DNA of 64,000 nucleotides from an uncultured cyanobacterium (GTDB lineage Bacteria; Cyanobacteriota; Cyanobacteriia; Phormidesmidales; Phormidesmidaceae): NCBI GenBank assembly GCA_963793265.1, contig CAWBZI010000002.1, positions 160,001 to 224,000 of the forward strand, read 5' to 3'. Shown piece by piece: positions 60,519 to 64,000 of this stretch (position 1 is its first letter; each line of letters starts with the position of its first letter). The notes under the pieces were generated by a model. It saw only the letters and a program-made list of their open reading frames with translations, ran no database searches and was not told where the DNA came from. The position numbers and the translations under genes were made by a program.

Positions 60519-61919
60519 TTATATTTGTGGAGCACTTACCTGTGGAACGGGCATTGCAGGCGCAGGTGCACGACCATTCTCTTCAGGAACAAGCGGATAT
60601 TCTGGATACCCTTGCAAGCCGTATTCAGAGAGATCTAGCCCGCCGATCTCTTCTGCTGCCGATACTCTCAGCATTCCGAGCTTTTTGAGCACAAAGCTCA
60701 CGCCGTATCCCGGAATAAAGCCCAACAGAACCGTACACACAAGCGTACCGACTAGCTGCCCAACAAAGCCCGTGAGGGGAATGCCGTCACCCTGCGGATA
60801 GCCCGAAGCCATGACACCCACCGCCATCGCGCCAATCACGCCGCAGTATCCATGTACCGCAAATGCACCTACCGCGTCGTCAATACCTGCTTTTTCAACC
60901 GCATTGCCAACAAAGGGCATGGTGTAAGCACCAATAAAAGCAATTAAAATAACAATTGCGGGGCTGTACAGGTCTAGCCCTGCGCCCACTGAGATAATGC
61001 CAGCCAGACCACCCGAGATTGTGTAGAAAGGATCGGCTTTAGAAGAGATATAAGCGCCCACGATGCCAGAGCACAGAGCCAGCGTTGTATTAACCCCCAC
61101 AGAAGCCAGCGTCATCGGCGTTCCATAGATCGTAATTTCCCCCGTTTGACCCGGCACGAATATTACACAAGCTGCTAAGAAGGCATAAAAGCCAACAAAA
61201 ATCAGCATCAGGCCCACCATGGTAAGTGGCAGGTTGTGAGGCAAAATCGCTCGCCCTCTGCCCTGAGCATCAAACTTACCAATGCGTGGCCCTAAGTTAA
61301 TCAGCACCCCTAGCGCGAAGAATCCAGCGACGCCATGCAGCACCGCCGAGCAGCCGAAGTCATGATAGCCAAACTGTGTGAGAAACCAGCCGTAAGGGTT
61401 CCATCCCCAGGCAGCGGCAACCACCCAGGTAAACGAGCCCAGCACCACTGCCAAAATTGCATAGGCACCCACTTTTATTCGCTCTATAACCGCACCAGAG
61501 AGAATAGAGGCAGTCGTCATCGCAAACAGAGCGAATGCAAACCAGAAAACGCCTGTAAGATTGTCGGAAACGTTCGCACCTAGCGCTGGTGACCAGGGAT
61601 AAGAGGCTTGAACCAACCCTAACACCTCGCCAACCGTGCCTTCAGCGTTAGGATCAGTCCATGGCCCAACAATCCCGCCCGTGAGCGGGAATAGTGGAAA
61701 AGCGTTATACACCCACCAGCCAAAGAAGAAGAAGGTAAGGCCCACAATTGAGAGGGTTAGCAGGTTTTTGACCATGGTGGCTAGCACGTTTTTGGCGCGA
61801 GAAGCACCGCCCTCGTAAGCCAAAAAGCCCACGTGAATGAGCAACATAAATACGGAAGCCCAGTAGTAGTAGGATTCCGAGACGAAAGTAGCTAGAAATT
61901 CTTGTGATTCGGGAGTCAT
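60519..61919 (-). CDS. amt: Ammonium transporter (Amt) family protein, divergent
   Basis: GFLAYEGG, ILSGAVIER, HDFGCSAVLH, GPRIGKF and IDDAVGAFAVHG motifs (both pore His present). Confidence 0.9.
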   Translation of the reverse strand: MTPESQEFLATFVSESYYYWASVFMLLIHVGFLAYEGGASRAKNVLATMVKNLLTLSIVGLTFFFFGWWVYNAFPLFPLTGGIVGPWTDPNAEGTVGEVLGLVQASYPWSPALGANVSDNLTGVFWFAFALFAMTTASILSGAVIERIKVGAYAILAVVLGSFTWVVAAAWGWNPYGWFLTQFGYHDFGCSAVLHGVAGFFALGVLINLGPRIGKFDAQGRGRAILPHNLPLTMVGLMLIFVGFYAFLAACVIFVPGQTGEITIYGTPMTLASVGVNTTLALCSGIVGAYISSKADPFYTISGGLAGIISVGAGLDLYSPAIVILIAFIGAYTMPFVGNAVEKAGIDDAVGAFAVHGYCGVIGAMAVGVMASGYPQGDGIPLTGFVGQLVGTLVCTVLLGFIPGYGVSFVLKKLGMLRVSAAEEIGGLDLSEYGLQGYPEYPLVPEENGRAPAPAMPVPQVSAPQI

Positions 61920-62042
61920 AAATGGGCTCCGATAGTTTGAGAGAAATCTTTGTTGGCTAAAGCATTAGCCAGAGTGTTGGTAAGAACCGCTCTGGCAGAA
62001 CTTGTTATATCAAGAGTATGCAACGGGCAAAACATCCAAGCT

Positions 62043-62056
62043 GTAGTGAACAATAC
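62043..62056 (-). promoter_or_regulatory. NtcA box upstream of amt
   Basis: GTA-GTGAACAA-TAC; CATACT/TACTCT 22-24 nt downstream on the minus strand. Confidence 0.65.
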
Positions 62057-62113
62057 TGAAAGGTGATTAATGTCACAATTTGATATGCCATTGAATATGT
62101 CGATGAAAATTGC

Positions 62114-62596
62114 TTACGGCATGGACACCTGTCTTTTTAGACTATCAATGTTTGTCATTGAAACATGCAGTTCCACAACGGGTTTATGCTCAATCATATG
62201 CCGCCAAATTAGGATCGGAATGGTGTCTAGGCAGGCTGGGACTGCCTGGTGATTGGGTAGGGCAGTAAGTCGATGAGGTGCTCTGACGGTAGCCTGCTGT
62301 ATGAGGGCGGGAAGCTGGTCGTTAGGTAGAGTTATTGACTTTAGCCATGGATATTGCTTGACCCATACACAGCGCTGTAGTGGGATAACGTGCTGATGGA
62401 GTGAGCCCGCGTAGCGAATGCGAAAGTTGCGATCGCACAGCCTTAAAACCGCACAGTCTTGCCCCTGTAGCACTGTCTCAACAGACTGAAACGGCGACAG
62501 ATATCCCACCGCCTCGCCAAACAACAGCCGAGCTACGTCCAGTCCTTCTGCTCCTGCCATATCCCAAAGCTTACTCACGCTTTTTTTACCTCGCAT
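62114..62596 (-). CDS. Hypothetical protein, possibly GcvT/SoxG-fold related
   Basis: Overlaps the stop of the upstream gene; LWDMAGAEGLDVARLL resembles GcvT-family 'I.G..A..LL' segments. Confidence 0.5.
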   Translation of the reverse strand: MRGKKSVSKLWDMAGAEGLDVARLLFGEAVGYLSPFQSVETVLQGQDCAVLRLCDRNFRIRYAGSLHQHVIPLQRCVWVKQYPWLKSITLPNDQLPALIQQATVRAPHRLTALPNHQAVPACLDTIPILIWRHMIEHKPVVELHVSMTNIDSLKRQVSMP

Positions 62597-63999
62597 CTAG
62601 CTCGACTCTTGGTCGGATCGAAAGCTGCAAGCGGCCCCACCGTAGCCGTCACTCGCCGCTTAAACCCGTCGAGAAATCCTACCTCTACCTCATGGTTGAG
62701 CTGAGCATATTCGGGCACAATTTGGGCCATGGCGATGCTACGACCCAGAATAGGAGAAAACGTAGCGCTGGTGATTTGGCCAATCCGCCAGCGTTCGCCT
62801 CTAGCATAAATATCCTGGCCGTGAGCTGCCACTTCACTGCCAGTCAGCACTAATCCGACAGCAGTTTTAGGCGGATGTTGTTGAATAAAAGATAGGGCCT
62901 CTTTGCCGATAAAGTCTGACTTTTTCATCGCGACCGTCCAGCCAATACCGGCTTGAAAGGGCGAGATTAAATCATTGAATTCGTAGCCCGAGGCCAGCAG
63001 TCCGGCTTCAATCCTAGCTCTTTCTAGCGCTTTCATTCCTAGCGCCTGCATTCCCTTAGGCTGGCCTGCTGCCATCAGCGTTTCCCAAAGCTGCGGGCCA
63101 TCATTAGGATGAACAAACAGCTCGTAACCTAGCTCACCCGTATAGCCTGTACGCGAGATGAGAACAGGAATTTTCTCTGTAGCACTAACAATTTCAACAG
63201 ATTTGTGTCCGAAATAGCCTAGATCGTCAAGTGCGTTTGATACGGCTAATAGTGGCTTGAGAATACTGTAAGACTCGGGGCCTTGCAGCGCCAGGTTATG
63301 CAGGCGATCGCTCACGTCCTCAACAGTCACCGTCCATCCCTGCTGCTGGGCAATGCGCCGCAGCCAGTCGCCATCCGTATCACAGTTACCCACGTAGCGA
63401 TAGTGCGCTGCGCCAAAACAAAAGACAATCCCATCATCAACAATACCGCCGTGAGGATTGAGCAAGCAGCCATAGGCAGCGCGACCCGCCTTTATTTTCT
63501 CTAGATTGCGAGAAAAGGCATATTGAAGCAGCGAAAAGGCATCTACACCCGTAATTTCAAACTTACGCAGTGCTGAGAGATCCATGAGCGCTGCTCGCTG
63601 CCGAAGCGCCCAGTATTCAGCCTGATCGCCTTGATGCGCGAAGGTATTAGGCACCCAAAAGCTGTTGTAGTCGCTGAGATCGTCAGTTAGGCGGCGAATG
63701 CTGGGGGTAAAGGCGCTGTTTTGAGTGAGGCGAAGCGGCAGATCTGCGGTGCGTCTGCCAGTGGCCCGGTAGAAGGATTGCTTAGCTGCGTATATGCGGA
63801 TGTGAATGGGGGTGGGCTGCCAGCCGTTCGCTGCGTCGATGTCGTCAGGACAGGCGGAGCTAGCGCAGAGCAGCGTTTGATGCGCTTTGAGTAGAACGTA
63901 ATCACCGGGGCGTGACCAGGACTCGGCGGCGATAATGTTGCCGCTACAGTCGATTTCGGTATTGAAGAAGAAGTTAATAGCGGGCCAGCCCGGCTTGGC
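62575..63999 (-). CDS. tdm: DUF1989 + aminomethyltransferase (GcvT) protein, TMAO demethylase-like (5' end outside window)
   Basis: Frame is open to the window edge: GWPAINFFFNT..SWSRPGDYVLL..SSACPDDIDAANGW.PT.IHIR, then DLSALRKFE, SRTGYTGELGYE and RIEAG. Confidence 0.8.
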   Translation of the reverse strand, partial: AKPGWPAINFFFNTEIDCSGNIIAAESWSRPGDYVLLKAHQTLLCASSACPDDIDAANGWQPTPIHIRIYAAKQSFYRATGRRTADLPLRLTQNSAFTPSIRRLTDDLSDYNSFWVPNTFAHQGDQAEYWALRQRAALMDLSALRKFEITGVDAFSLLQYAFSRNLEKIKAGRAAYGCLLNPHGGIVDDGIVFCFGAAHYRYVGNCDTDGDWLRRIAQQQGWTVTVEDVSDRLHNLALQGPESYSILKPLLAVSNALDDLGYFGHKSVEIVSATEKIPVLISRTGYTGELGYELFVHPNDGPQLWETLMAAGQPKGMQALGMKALERARIEAGLLASGYEFNDLISPFQAGIGWTVAMKKSDFIGKEALSFIQQHPPKTAVGLVLTGSEVAAHGQDIYARGERWRIGQITSATFSPILGRSIAMAQIVPEYAQLNHEVEVGFLDGFKRRVTATVGPLAAFDPTKSRARCEVKKA

Positions 64000-64000
64000 A

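Noticed and set aside
217..63905. Many short ORFs antisense to, or nested in, well-supported genes (e.g. 217-516, 7133-7519, 23989-24363, 43979-44326, 62401-62853)
   Set aside because: Shadow frames of real genes with no motifs of their own
1..64000. Frequent GCGATCGC as a novel repeat
   Set aside because: This is the known cyanobacterial HIP1 sequence

Overview
Cyanobacterial chromosomal window: the HIP1 octamer GCGATCGC recurs throughout and there are NtcA-type promoters. The most striking region is ~3-21.4 kb. A compact minus-strand operon (4982-10499) encodes homologues or fold-relatives of four plant pathogenesis-related families (GH19 chitinase/PR-3, CAP/PR-1, GH17 glucanase/PR-2, thaumatin-fold GH64/PR-5-related) plus an astacin-like protease. 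None of the five has a visible signal peptide, and three carry beta/gamma-crystallin domains. The operon is flanked by an SGNH lipase-like gene, a fatty-acid alpha-dioxygenase-like heme enzyme, a shortened P450-fold protein and a di-heme cytochrome c peroxidase/two-component cluster. A spaced two-box operator with a -10 element (ATGACAwwTGwCAY-N10-RTGACATT-N5-GATG-N20/21-TAnnnT) recurs three times and links the lipase, the operon and the signalling cluster. I interpret this as a candidate inducible anti-fungal (e.g. anti-chytrid) defence system; that function is inference. Downstream are a TPR-CD225 gene, a sigma/DUF1822/CHAT-CHASE2/DUF928 cluster, a RAYT remnant with REPs, a TRAP-binding-protein/kinase cluster, tRNA-Gly(CCC), a purine catabolism cluster with NtcA/GntR-type sites, decayed TA modules, an ISAzo13-like element and a Tdm-like methylamine cluster that runs off the right edge. 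Family assignments come from motif recognition by eye, not database searches.
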